A stretch of DNA of 61,769 nt from an uncultured Pseudomonadales bacterium. Its GTDB lineage: Bacteria > Pseudomonadota > Gammaproteobacteria > Pseudomonadales > UBA7434. Below, piece after piece: positions 18,564 to 28,002 of this stretch (position 1 is its first letter; the number at the start of each line of letters is the position of its first letter). The stretch covers positions 1 to 61,769 of the forward strand of contig CAJQQO010000028.1 of assembly GCA_905480475.1 (NCBI GenBank), in the 5' to 3' direction. The translations under genes and the position numbers were made by a program. A model generated the notes under the pieces. The model saw only the letters and a list, made by a program, of their open reading frames with translations, was not told where the DNA came from and ran no database searches.

Positions 18564-19607
18564 ATGCTTGAACAAGTCAAAGATTATTACGGCAAAACAC
18601 TCTCTAACACTACGGATTTGCAAACCGACGCCTGCTGTATGTTAGAGGAGCCGCCCGCATATATTAAAGCTATTTTGGCGAAAATCCATGACGAAGTTAT
18701 GATGAAGTACTACGGCTGTGGCTTGGTAGCTCCCGAGGCTTTAAAGGGCTTGCGGATCCTAGACTTAGGTAGTGGTGCAGGACGCGATGTCTATGCGCTA
18801 TCGGCGATGGTGGGAGAGCAAGGTCATATTGTCGGCGTTGATATGACCGACGAACAATTGGCCGTTGCCAATAAACATATTGATTACCATGCAAAAGCCT
18901 TTGGTTTTAATCAAGCAAACGTCTCTTTTTGTAAAGCCTATATTGAAAAGCTCGACGAGCTGGGCTTTGAAGACAATAGTTTCGATATTATTGTTTCCAA
19001 TTGCGTTATCAATTTATCGGAAGATAAAAACGCCGTATTGGAACAAGCCTACCGGCTATTAAAACCCGGCGGGGAAATGTATTTCTCGGATGTCTATAGC
19101 GATCGCCGCATTCCTGAAGCCTTAGTTAAAAACGAATTACTTTATGGCGAATGCCTGAGCGGCGCATTGTACTGGAATGACTTTATCAGCTTGGCAAAAA
19201 AGAATGGCTTTCTCGATCCTCGCTTAGTTAACGATAGACCCTTAGGTATTGAAAATGCCGAAATTCAAAGCTTAGTCGGCCATATCAAATTTTTCTCAGC
19301 CACCTATCGTTTATTTAAAATCGATACGCTTGAACCCGCCTGCGAAGACTATGGCCAAGCCGTTATTTATAAAGGTAGCATAGAGCATCAAGCCGAATAC
19401 TTTGCCTTAGACAGTCATCATATTATTTATACCGGTAAGGTTTTCCCGGTGTGTGGTAATACTTGGCGGATGTTAAACGAGACGCGGTTCAAACCGCATT
19501 TTGAATTTATAGGTAACTGGGATAAACATTTTGGTATTTTTGAAAACTGCGGAACACCGATGCCATTTGCCAATAATCTCAGCAGAATAGACACTGCCTG
19601 CTGTTAA
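18564..19607 (+). CDS. arsM: Arsenite S-adenosylmethionine methyltransferase
   Basis: 'YYGKTLSNTTDLQTDACC' N-terminal Cys pair. SAM motif 'ILDLGSGAGRDV'. 'GGEMYFSDVY' and 'YGECLSGALY' are typical of ArsM. Confidence 0.75.
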   Translation: MLEQVKDYYGKTLSNTTDLQTDACCMLEEPPAYIKAILAKIHDEVMMKYYGCGLVAPEALKGLRILDLGSGAGRDVYALSAMVGEQGHIVGVDMTDEQLAVANKHIDYHAKAFGFNQANVSFCKAYIEKLDELGFEDNSFDIIVSNCVINLSEDKNAVLEQAYRLLKPGGEMYFSDVYSDRRIPEALVKNELLYGECLSGALYWNDFISLAKKNGFLDPRLVNDRPLGIENAEIQSLVGHIKFFSATYRLFKIDTLEPACEDYGQAVIYKGSIEHQAEYFALDSHHIIYTGKVFPVCGNTWRMLNETRFKPHFEFIGNWDKHFGIFENCGTPMPFANNLSRIDTACC

Positions 19608-19740
19608 ATAACAGCTGTCTATTAAAAACAAGTAGTTACTAGAAAATGCGCCGATATACAGCTATATAAGGGCAGTATTTTTTATTTCAAGGTCTATATA
19701 GAATAAAGATTATTAAATTTTTATTCTGCAAAAAAAATCA

Positions 19741-19767
19741 TTGAAAAGCCAAATCGTGACCCCACAT
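19741..19767 (+). promoter_or_regulatory. Sigma-32 (RpoH) heat-shock promoter upstream of the small heat-shock protein gene
   Basis: TTGAAA (19741-19746), 13-nt spacer, CCCCACAT(TTA) (19760-19767). E. coli sigma-32 consensus is CTTGAAA-N13-14-CCCCATNT. It lies about 100 nt upstream of the hsp20 ATG. Confidence 0.65.
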
Positions 19768-19864
19768 TTACTTTCATGGCAGGCGAACAATTTTGTTACC
19801 GCCTTAATGCCAACAAACTATTTTAATCAGACATTAAGTCTTATTATTTTACCGGAGTCACATT

Positions 19865-20353
19865 ATGCAATTTTTAACAACTAGCAATCCTTTCCGTTAC
19901 AAGTCTAATGCCGCGCAAATCAATAACGTATTGGCGCGCATACAAAACGATTGGCAGCGAGAAACACCTAAAGCTCACGCCAATAATTTCCGCACACCAC
20001 CTGTTGATATATTGGAATTTGACGACGCATACAGCTTGGAAGTCGAATTGCCGGGCGTGGACAAAGAAGCCATTAATATTACCGTTGAAGACGGTGTATT
20101 AACTATCGCTGCCGGTGTCGATGTAAGTGTAGGTGCCGATGCCGAAAAAACTGAAGATAGCGTAGCGAGTGAAACCGAAGGTCAAACACTTCGACGCGAG
20201 CGCTACCAAGGAAAAGTGACCCGTCAATTCAGCCTAGGTGAACATGTCGACGAAAATACCATTGAGGCCAACCTGGAAAACGGTGTGCTAAAAATCCGCA
20301 TTGCCAAACTGGCAGAAGCCGAACCCAAAGCTAGACAAATTGAAGTTAAATGA
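19865..20353 (+). CDS. Hsp20/alpha-crystallin family small heat-shock protein (IbpA-like)
   Basis: Alpha-crystallin domain 'PPVDILEFDDAYSLEVELPGVDKEAINITVEDGVLTI' and 'ANLENGVLKIRI'. GGAG 8 nt upstream of the ATG. Confidence 0.9.
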   Translation: MQFLTTSNPFRYKSNAAQINNVLARIQNDWQRETPKAHANNFRTPPVDILEFDDAYSLEVELPGVDKEAINITVEDGVLTIAAGVDVSVGADAEKTEDSVASETEGQTLRRERYQGKVTRQFSLGEHVDENTIEANLENGVLKIRIAKLAEAEPKARQIEVK

Positions 20354-20365
20354 TAAACCGCCAGC

Positions 20366-20407
20366 AATGCTGCAAAAGTCGATCAGGCGATTCGCTTTTG
20401 CAGCATT
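20366..20407 (+). terminator. Candidate terminator / stable hairpin after hsp20
   Basis: Perfect 13-bp stem AATGCTGCAAAAG (20366-20378) / CTTTTGCAGCATT (20395-20407) with a 16-nt loop. No clean U-tract follows. Confidence 0.45.
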
Positions 20408-20501
20408 GATTCCGCACTTACGCTTAATATTGCACGGCTAACAGTAGACGGCTAATAGTGTTAATATCGCTTTCAAATTCCATCTGCGATTGCACATTAT
20501 T

Positions 20502-20744
20502 ATGACTGAAAAATCTTCCGACAACTCTGATAGCACTTCCGACGCTATTGTGGAGCTACAAACCAAAGTCGCTTTTTTTGAGCAGCATATTAATGAGCTA
20601 TCGGATGTCATGTATTCGCAGCAAAAACAACTGGATCAACTGAATATAAAATACAGCAATTTAAAAAACCACCTTGCCGCAATGGAAAATGCCGAGCAAG
20701 AAGACGCTGCCGATCCAAGCGATGAAAGACCGCCGCACTATTAA
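20502..20744 (+). CDS. slyX: SlyX family protein
   Basis: 80-aa coiled-coil protein, 'IVELQTKVAFFEQHINELSDVMYSQQKQLDQL'. ATG 20502 is preferred over the track's TTG 20490. Confidence 0.75.
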   Translation: MTEKSSDNSDSTSDAIVELQTKVAFFEQHINELSDVMYSQQKQLDQLNIKYSNLKNHLAAMENAEQEDAADPSDERPPHY

Positions 20745-20834
20745 ATTGCATCAATTAACTTATATCGACCGGTTAATATCGGCTAAATTGTATCGACCGA
20801 AAAGTCGATCAACCAATAGCTCTATCAAGCGCTG

Positions 20835-21851
20835 TTAAATTCTATCAACCGCAAAAACCGATCCACTATCAATATCCAGTGCGGGTAAAACTTTATCGGC
20901 AAATAGCTCCAAACTTGCCCAAGACAATTCTGGCGGCATACCACTCATAAGCGGATGTAATGCGATCGCGCCCATATCCCCCAAGCCTCGAGCCATACTA
21001 ATACACTCCTCAGGCGTTAGAATCGAATACATGCCGGTTGCACGTAATGCATCAGCATCATTAGCTGCTTGATAAAAATCATTATTTATCCCAGCCTCTG
21101 CGGCCCAACGGCTATAACAATTGGTTTCATGCATAGCATAGGGCGCGATTTCTGCCCAAGCGCGATCCGGATCTTCTGCCACATATAAAAATAGCGGCCC
21201 CTGCTCTTTTAATAATAAAGCCGTTTTACCCAGCTTATGGCTTTCTTCGATATAAGTTAAAAAAGTTTCCGGTACTGCCGGCATGTAACCATCAGCAATT
21301 CTGGCAGCGCGTCGGGCTGCCGCATCGGAGCTACCACCTAGTATTATTTGCGGACCATTCTCCTGTACCGGTGTAGGTGTAATGCGCACATCGCGACCTT
21401 GATAGCGAAAACTATTACCTGTCCAAGCTTGACGCAAAGTTGCAATACCCTCCTCAACCATTGAGGGGCGTTTTTTTATCGATACATCAAACATCTCAAA
21501 CTCGCTGGGAATATAACCCGCCGCCATCACTAAATCGACGCGCCCGTTACTGATAATATCCAACACGGCAATATCTTCCGCCAAACGCAAAGGATCGTGA
21601 AACGGCAAAATAATGACCGAAGTCACCAAACGCATCTTTTGAGTAACCGCAGCCATGGCACTTAAGGTCGTCAGTGGTGACGGGCAGTAGCCATCATCGG
21701 TGCCGTGGTGTTCGCAGACCATCACCGTGCCTATACCGTGCTGCTCGGCCCATTGGACTTGCTCCAACGCACAGGCATAAAGATCCTTATGTTTCACCGG
21801 GCTAAATGGTGCACAGCGAAAGTCATACTTTAAAAAAATACGGTTTTTCAT
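20835..21851 (-). CDS. LLM-class (luciferase-like) flavin-dependent oxidoreductase
   Basis: 338 aa. 'AEQHGIGTVMVCEHHG', 'LRLAEDIAVLDIISNGRVDL' and 'ILGGSSDAAARRAARIADGY' fit the TIM-barrel luciferase-like monooxygenase pattern. Confidence 0.75.
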   Translation of the reverse strand: MKNRIFLKYDFRCAPFSPVKHKDLYACALEQVQWAEQHGIGTVMVCEHHGTDDGYCPSPLTTLSAMAAVTQKMRLVTSVIILPFHDPLRLAEDIAVLDIISNGRVDLVMAAGYIPSEFEMFDVSIKKRPSMVEEGIATLRQAWTGNSFRYQGRDVRITPTPVQENGPQIILGGSSDAAARRAARIADGYMPAVPETFLTYIEESHKLGKTALLLKEQGPLFLYVAEDPDRAWAEIAPYAMHETNCYSRWAAEAGINNDFYQAANDADALRATGMYSILTPEECISMARGLGDMGAIALHPLMSGMPPELSWASLELFADKVLPALDIDSGSVFAVDRI

Positions 21852-22089
21852 TAAGCTCTCCTTGGAGTTATTCTATAAGCTTACAAGTTACTGTCCGCTT
21901 GGTAATGGCGCAGCAGTGATAATTCTTCATATCATCTAACATACGATAAAAGCGGCTAGACGGCTAAGTAAACCGCAGCGATACAACTTTAGTACCAGCA
22001 AGCGACATTGTGCTACCAAACAGCATTTTTTGACCAAGCAATATTGTCCGACTAATCCACATAGTGCCATCAACCAACAGATATTACAT

Positions 22090-23697
22090 ATGAACAAACT
22101 TCAATTTACCGATATACACGACCGACACTTGGGTCGCGCCATTAGAATGCAGGCCGAGCAAAACGGCGATACCACTTTTCTAATGTTTGATACCACGCGC
22201 TATAGCTATTATGAAACCAACCAGAAAGTGAATGAATTAGCGGCTGGGCTTGCTGCCAGCGGTATTGGTCGGGGTGATCGCATTGCATTTTATATGTCCA
22301 GCGCACCAGAAATCATGTTTTTGGTTTTAGCCGCCAACAAGCTTGGCGCTATTTGGATTCCGATCAATACCGACTACAAAGGTTTTTGGTTAGAAGACAC
22401 CATCAACCGCAGCCGTCCAGCGCTACTGATTACCGACACCAAGCATGCCGGTAGAGTCGCCGAAGTGCATAACAAGCTTACTGTGTCGCGCATTGCAGTA
22501 TTGGGCGATGAAAAACTGATTAACAACGCTATTCACTTTCAAGCGCTATACGCGAACTCTGGCGGCGAACCGGATTTAAGCGGCATGGATTACGGTGATA
22601 CTTGTGCAGTGTTATGGACGTCGGGTACAACCGGTCGCTCAAAAGGTGTTATGCAAAGTCACAATGTTTGGATGAACGCGGTATATGCGGGTGATGATCT
22701 TTACAACACGCAAAAAGGCGATGTTATTTTTAATGTGCTACCAATGTATAACTCTGGCGCATGGGTAACTTCATTATTTCGCTCACTTATCTGCGGCGTT
22801 AGTCTTGCAGTGGATGATGGCTTTTCTGTCAGCAATTTCTGGGAGCGGGTTGAGTTCTATCAAGCCACGCAAATCTTTACCATCGGTGCCATGCATATAT
22901 TTTTATATAACGCACTGGAATCGCCAAACGACGCCGATAATACTTTGCGTGAAATACAAGCCGTGCCAATGCCGCCGGCACTAGCCAAACCATTTAGCGA
23001 TCGCTTTGGCGTTAGATTATTAGGCCAAGGTTTATCACAAAGTGAAGCCATGCTGATTATTCGTGAGGATAGCCAGCTTCGGGATAGTTGGCCGGTGGGT
23101 TGTTGCGGCAATCCAGTTAACAATATCGAAGTCATGGTAGCCGATGATGATGGTAATGCGGTTGCCAGTGGCGAGCACGGTGAGTTATGGGTAAAACCCA
23201 AAGAGCCTTTTATTATTTTTAATGGCTATCTCGATGATAAAGAAGCAACGGCTAACGCCTTTGCAGGGGACTGGTATAAAACCGGCGATCTTGTTAAGCA
23301 CGACGATGATGAAAACTACTTTTTTGTTGATCGCAAAAAAGATGCCGTGCGCTATAAAGGCCGGAATATTTCAACTTTTGAAGTTGAATTAGTCGCGCGC
23401 AAACATAGCGCAATTTCCGACTGCGCAGCCTTTGGCATTCAGGCAGAAGAATTGGAATCTGAAAACGAAATTAAACTTAACGTTATTCTAAAGCCGGGTA
23501 GCGAACTTAGCGCAGTAGAACTTGCAGAATTTATTAACGAAAACGCGCCCTACTTTTTTGTACCGCGCTATATAGAGTTTATTAGTGAACTCCCTTATAC
23601 ACCAAACAATAAGGTGCAAAAATATAAATTGCGCGAGACCGGTCTAACCGACGCAACTTGGGACTCCAAGCAAGCGGGCTTTAAAGCGGTGCGTTAA
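22090..23697 (+). CDS. AMP-dependent acyl-CoA synthetase/ligase
   Basis: Adenylation core motifs 'WTSGTTGRSKGV', 'GDWYKTGD' and 'PYTPNNKVQK'. ATG 22090 is preferred over the upstream track start. Confidence 0.85.
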   Translation: MNKLQFTDIHDRHLGRAIRMQAEQNGDTTFLMFDTTRYSYYETNQKVNELAAGLAASGIGRGDRIAFYMSSAPEIMFLVLAANKLGAIWIPINTDYKGFWLEDTINRSRPALLITDTKHAGRVAEVHNKLTVSRIAVLGDEKLINNAIHFQALYANSGGEPDLSGMDYGDTCAVLWTSGTTGRSKGVMQSHNVWMNAVYAGDDLYNTQKGDVIFNVLPMYNSGAWVTSLFRSLICGVSLAVDDGFSVSNFWERVEFYQATQIFTIGAMHIFLYNALESPNDADNTLREIQAVPMPPALAKPFSDRFGVRLLGQGLSQSEAMLIIREDSQLRDSWPVGCCGNPVNNIEVMVADDDGNAVASGEHGELWVKPKEPFIIFNGYLDDKEATANAFAGDWYKTGDLVKHDDDENYFFVDRKKDAVRYKGRNISTFEVELVARKHSAISDCAAFGIQAEELESENEIKLNVILKPGSELSAVELAEFINENAPYFFVPRYIEFISELPYTPNNKVQKYKLRETGLTDATWDSKQAGFKAVR

Positions 23698-23791
23698 TAT
23701 CTTTTATTTGCGAGATCCAATAGACTAGCATGCGACGTATATAGCGCTTAACAAAACCGCAACAATAACATCAAATACTAAGGGGGAAACA

Positions 23792-24172
23792 ATGTTAGGT
23801 AAAATTGTCTTATGGGTTACTGGCTTAGGCTTTTTTGCTTATGGTGTCGCCTGCCTTATTGATCCGGCGTTGCCATCCGGCTATATCGGATATCATTTAT
23901 CCGGCGCTGATGCTTATATTGAAGTATCCGGCATGTACGGCGGCCTACAAGCAGGCTTCGGCTTATGGTGTTTATTAGGCGCGTTAAATAGCCAATATTA
24001 TCGCGCTTGCTTAATATCTATCGTATTTACTATTGGCGCATTAGCACTAGGCCGCGTTTTTGGCTTAAGCCAAGTGATGGGCGAGCCCGGCGGTTATTCT
24101 TATGGTGCGATTGTTTATGAATCAACAACCACGCTGTTAGCGTTAATTGCCTTGCGTAGTAAAACGACCTAA
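23792..24172 (+). CDS. DUF4345-like small 4-TM membrane protein
   Basis: 126 aa with four hydrophobic helices. 'GMYGGLQAGFGLWCLLGA' resembles DUF4345. Strong SD AAGGGGGA. Confidence 0.55.
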   Translation: MLGKIVLWVTGLGFFAYGVACLIDPALPSGYIGYHLSGADAYIEVSGMYGGLQAGFGLWCLLGALNSQYYRACLISIVFTIGALALGRVFGLSQVMGEPGGYSYGAIVYESTTTLLALIALRSKTT

Positions 24173-24175
24173 CAC

Positions 24176-25036
24176 TTAACTTTTCGCTAAACCCATCTTT
24201 TCAAAGACCTGAAAATAAATGTCCGGCTCCGGCCGGACACGGTAATTATCCGTTTCATCCAAGTAGGCAATATCACCTTGCTGATCAAGAATAATCACTG
24301 TCGGCATAACAATATCTGCATCGTAACCCATTGCTTCCATCCCTAATGGCAAACCACGCGGATGATCAATACCTAATATTCGCGCTGCGGCATTGTCATT
24401 ATCGACACAAAAATTTACCGGCGCTGAAAAACGTTTAGCGAGCTTTTCGCTTTCTTGCTGCGGTTGCGGACTAACAAAATAAACTTCAACACCTAATGCT
24501 TGTAAACGCTGGTACTGCACGACGACCTCTTCCACTTGCGCAACACATAGCGGACACCAGTTACCTCGAAAAAATATAATTAAACTAGGCTTACTCAAAT
24601 CAGAGGACCAAAGTAATTCGCCACTAGTTTGGCCAAGTGAAAACGCCGGCAATTTACTACCAATCGATAACAAGCCGGTTTTACGACCAAAAGATGAATA
24701 CCAAAATAAATACAGCGCCAAACCAATGCCAGCAATACCAGCCGCATAAAAAGTCGCCAGCGGCACACTGCTTATATAAAACAAACTAATCAACGCACAA
24801 AGTAATACTATCGCACTGGCGGCATTAAGATTTTCACTGGTGCGCGCCACACCCCCGCGGCCGATATAAATAAAGAATATATAACACACTGTGCCGGTAG
24901 CGATTGTCGATGCCAACCACGGTATCGTCGTGCCCTGACCAAAACTAAAAATCAGTTGGTACGCACCAAAAACAGTACCAATTGTCGACATAATCAATAA
25001 AGCATTAATAAAAATTGCTTTTAGCCAATTAGTCAT
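24176..25036 (-). CDS. Membrane-anchored redoxin / AhpC-TSA family thiol-disulfide oxidoreductase (N-terminal 4 TM + thioredoxin fold)
   Basis: About 115 aa of TM helices, then 'LIIFFRGNWCPLCVAQVEE' (CxxC in a Trx fold), 'VYFVSPQ' and 'PTVIILDQQG'. Confidence 0.75.
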   Translation of the reverse strand: MTNWLKAIFINALLIMSTIGTVFGAYQLIFSFGQGTTIPWLASTIATGTVCYIFFIYIGRGGVARTSENLNAASAIVLLCALISLFYISSVPLATFYAAGIAGIGLALYLFWYSSFGRKTGLLSIGSKLPAFSLGQTSGELLWSSDLSKPSLIIFFRGNWCPLCVAQVEEVVVQYQRLQALGVEVYFVSPQPQQESEKLAKRFSAPVNFCVDNDNAAARILGIDHPRGLPLGMEAMGYDADIVMPTVIILDQQGDIAYLDETDNYRVRPEPDIYFQVFEKMGLAKS

Positions 25037-25092
25037 CTCTCTTCGCCTCGATTAAAAATTAATATACATAAAAAAACAAGCTGTCAAAAATA

Positions 25093-27237
25093 TTAAGAAC
25101 GACTCCAACGGTGAAAGCGCTGAACATAGGATAATAGCTTTTCTGGCTTACGGGCTTTTTTCCATTCGCCGGCAGCAAACTTATTGGCCTCACCTAAGGT
25201 AGGATAAATATGAATCGTACCTAATATATCGTTTAAGCGCCCGCCACGTTTCATGGTGGCAATAAACTCATTAATTAATTCACCAGCGTGATAACCCACA
25301 ATCGTTGCACCTAAAATTCTATCTTTACCCTTAGGTGTAATCACTTTTACAAAACCACTTGCCTCGCCATCGGCAATCGCTCTATCCAAATCATCCAAGC
25401 TGTATTTAGTCACCTCAAACGCAATACCCAACTGCTCAGCCTCTCGCTCACTTAGCCCAACACGCGCCACCTCAGGGTCAGTAAATGTCGCCCATGGAAT
25501 AATCGAGTAATCGACCTTAAAGGATTTAAAGCGGCAAAATAAGGCATTAACCGCCGCATACCAAGCTTGATGTGACGCCACATGCGTAAACTGATAAGGG
25601 CCAGCAACATCGCCGACCGCATAAATATTAGGAAACGTAGTTCGCAAATAATCATCCACCGCTACTGTACCGTCATCGGCTAATGCAATACCCAAATTTT
25701 CTAAGCCTATCGATTCGGTATTAGCACGACGACCGGTTGCCACTAACAAATGCGTAAAGCGATAACGCCGCTTAACACCGACGTTATCTGCCAAGATCTC
25801 ATAAGCACCATCATCTTGGGTAATTTCAATGGGATTGTGATCTAGCGCAACTTCCATACCTTCTTTGCGAAACCGCTCAAGCACTTGCTCACTTACATCA
25901 AAATCTTCCTTAGGTAAAACATGCTTACCGCGAGACAGTAAAGTGACCTGACTACCCAAACGATGAAATGCCTGCGCTAACTCGCAACCAATTGGACCCG
26001 CACCAATCACTAATAAATGCGCGGGCTGTGCGTGCAAATTCCAAATGGTATCGGAGGTATAGTAATTAATTAAATCGATACCTTTGATCATCGGCACGGA
26101 TGGTCTGCCGCCAGTAGCAATAATAATATTTTTTGTGCTTAATATTCTGTCGCCAACTTGCACCTCGTAAGGACTTATAATTTTGGCTTCACCGGTAACA
26201 CAGTTAACACCCAACTCGGTGTAACGCTCTATAGAATCGTGTGGCTCAATAGTTTTAATCGCTTGCTGAACCCTATCCATTACTGCGCCAAAATCGACTC
26301 TTGCCGATGCATCCTTAATACCAAACTCATCTGCCCTATCAATATAATGAGCAATTTTAGCCGAACGCAATAAGGCTTTACTGGGTACACAGCCGGTATT
26401 TAAACAGTCGCCACCCATTTGATGTTTTTCAATTAAGGTCACATCGGCCTTAACTATGGCAGCAATATAAGCCGAGACTAAACCGCCAGAACCTGCACCA
26501 ATAACCACAAGATTATGATCAAAGCTCGCTGGCTTTTTAAAGGGCTGATATAAACGTCGACGCTGTAATAGTGCTAGCAACTGCTTGGCGATTAACGGAA
26601 AGATACCCAGTAAAACAAAAGCGGTAATTAAACCCGGTGATAAAATACCTTGATCCACATCTATTTTGGCCAGCTCGGTACCGGCATTAATATAAACAGC
26701 GGTTCCGGCTAGCATACCTAGCTGACTTACCCAGTAAAACGTCCAGCTCTTAATAGACGACAAACCCATTGCCAAATTAATTAGCGCCGGCGGGAATACT
26801 GGCACCAGGCGCAAGGTTAATAAATAAAACGCACCATCTTTTTTAATACCACGATTAATTGCATCAAGCCGACCCGCGAATTTTTTGTTAACCCAATCAC
26901 GGGCAAGAAAACGCGCGGCCAGAAATGCCAATAAGGAACCCAAACTACTGGCAAACGATACCAGCAGCACACCCCACCAAAAACCAAACAAGGCGCCACC
27001 AGCCAGTGTCAGAATCGCGCCAGCAGGCAAAGCAAAGGCAAAAACAATCACGTACACCAAAAAGTAAATCGCCGCACTCAACCAAAAGTGATTAGCTTGA
27101 TAAGCGTCGATGGATTCTCGCTGCTGATTAAAAAACTCCAAGGAAAAATATTGGCCAATATCAAAATAGAAAAATACCGCTACAACAAGCAGAATCGTTA
27201 GGAATAGAATAACTTTTAGTCTTTGAGGGTTAGTCAT
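25093..27237 (-). CDS. Fusion of a DedA/TVP38-TMEM64 membrane domain with a class-I pyridine-nucleotide disulfide oxidoreductase (mercuric-reductase/lipoamide-dehydrogenase-like)
   Basis: The N-terminal ~230 aa are polytopic ('GALFGFWWGVLLVSFASSLGSLLAFLAARFLARDWV'). Then FAD site 'LVVIGAGSGG', redox disulfide 'GGDCLNTGCVPSK', NAD(P)H site 'LLVIGAGPIGCE', and 'HIYPTLGE' in the interface domain. Confidence 0.85.
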   Translation of the reverse strand: MTNPQRLKVILFLTILLVVAVFFYFDIGQYFSLEFFNQQRESIDAYQANHFWLSAAIYFLVYVIVFAFALPAGAILTLAGGALFGFWWGVLLVSFASSLGSLLAFLAARFLARDWVNKKFAGRLDAINRGIKKDGAFYLLTLRLVPVFPPALINLAMGLSSIKSWTFYWVSQLGMLAGTAVYINAGTELAKIDVDQGILSPGLITAFVLLGIFPLIAKQLLALLQRRRLYQPFKKPASFDHNLVVIGAGSGGLVSAYIAAIVKADVTLIEKHQMGGDCLNTGCVPSKALLRSAKIAHYIDRADEFGIKDASARVDFGAVMDRVQQAIKTIEPHDSIERYTELGVNCVTGEAKIISPYEVQVGDRILSTKNIIIATGGRPSVPMIKGIDLINYYTSDTIWNLHAQPAHLLVIGAGPIGCELAQAFHRLGSQVTLLSRGKHVLPKEDFDVSEQVLERFRKEGMEVALDHNPIEITQDDGAYEILADNVGVKRRYRFTHLLVATGRRANTESIGLENLGIALADDGTVAVDDYLRTTFPNIYAVGDVAGPYQFTHVASHQAWYAAVNALFCRFKSFKVDYSIIPWATFTDPEVARVGLSEREAEQLGIAFEVTKYSLDDLDRAIADGEASGFVKVITPKGKDRILGATIVGYHAGELINEFIATMKRGGRLNDILGTIHIYPTLGEANKFAAGEWKKARKPEKLLSYVQRFHRWSRS

Positions 27238-27675
27238 ACCCGCGTGGTGCTCCTGATCGAAGGTGATTTTTGATTGATAGTCTGGCCTGCTTAAGCTACT
27301 GGGAGATTAACATTATTACAGACTAGCGCTAGCGGCGGCGATGCTTGGAATCAATTCACTAGACTAAGTTCAAACTCCGCTATAAACAAATAAGTTTGCG
27401 ATTAGTGAGCTGCCCCGCCTTGTAATTAACGGCTTTGACCCAATCTACTCTGCGCTACCTCGCTATTTTGAGACCAAATCGGCTTGCCTATGGCTCAATA
27501 TCGACGGCCAGCATGTTCATCAGCCTATCACGATGGTACGATAAGCAATCACAGTAAACAGGCAGTTGTTAGCCGCGCTCTATCGTTATCTATGAAAGAG
27601 ATAGTCAGCCTACAATTAGCCAATAACATCAAACTATCTGTAAGCATGGCGCTGGCGGATAACGGAGAAGAAAAT

Positions 27676-28002
27676 ATGAGTAATGCCATTGTCCACGTCA
27701 CCGACGCTTCATTTGAAGAGGAAGTCATAAATTCGGACATTCCAGTGCTAGTCGACTACTGGGCAGAATGGTGCGGTCCCTGCAAAATGATTGCCCCCGT
27801 ACTAGAAGAAGTTGCGGCCAATTACGAAGGCAAAATCAAGATTTGTAAGGTTGATGTTGACGCCAATAAAGAAGCTGCTCAAAAATACGGCATCCGTGGT
27901 ATCCCAACACTCATGGTCTTTAAAGGCGGTAATGCCCATGCCACCAAGGTTGGCGCATTATCAAAAACGCAATTAGAAGAATTTGTCGATAACTCGCTAT
28001 AA
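27676..28002 (+). CDS. trxA: Thioredoxin 1
   Basis: 108 aa from ATG 27676, with GGAGAAG upstream. 'DYWAEWCGPCKMIAP' and 'GIRGIPTLMVFKGG'. The track ORF's 64-aa N-terminal extension is not thioredoxin-like. Confidence 0.95.
   Translation: MSNAIVHVTDASFEEEVINSDIPVLVDYWAEWCGPCKMIAPVLEEVAANYEGKIKICKVDVDANKEAAQKYGIRGIPTLMVFKGGNAHATKVGALSKTQLEEFVDNSL

Noticed and set aside
27484-27675. 64-aa N-terminal extension of the trxA ORF in the track
   Set aside because: A canonical 108-aa thioredoxin starts at ATG 27676 with a GGAG-type SD. The upstream in-frame part has no thioredoxin similarity and starts at a non-ATG codon.
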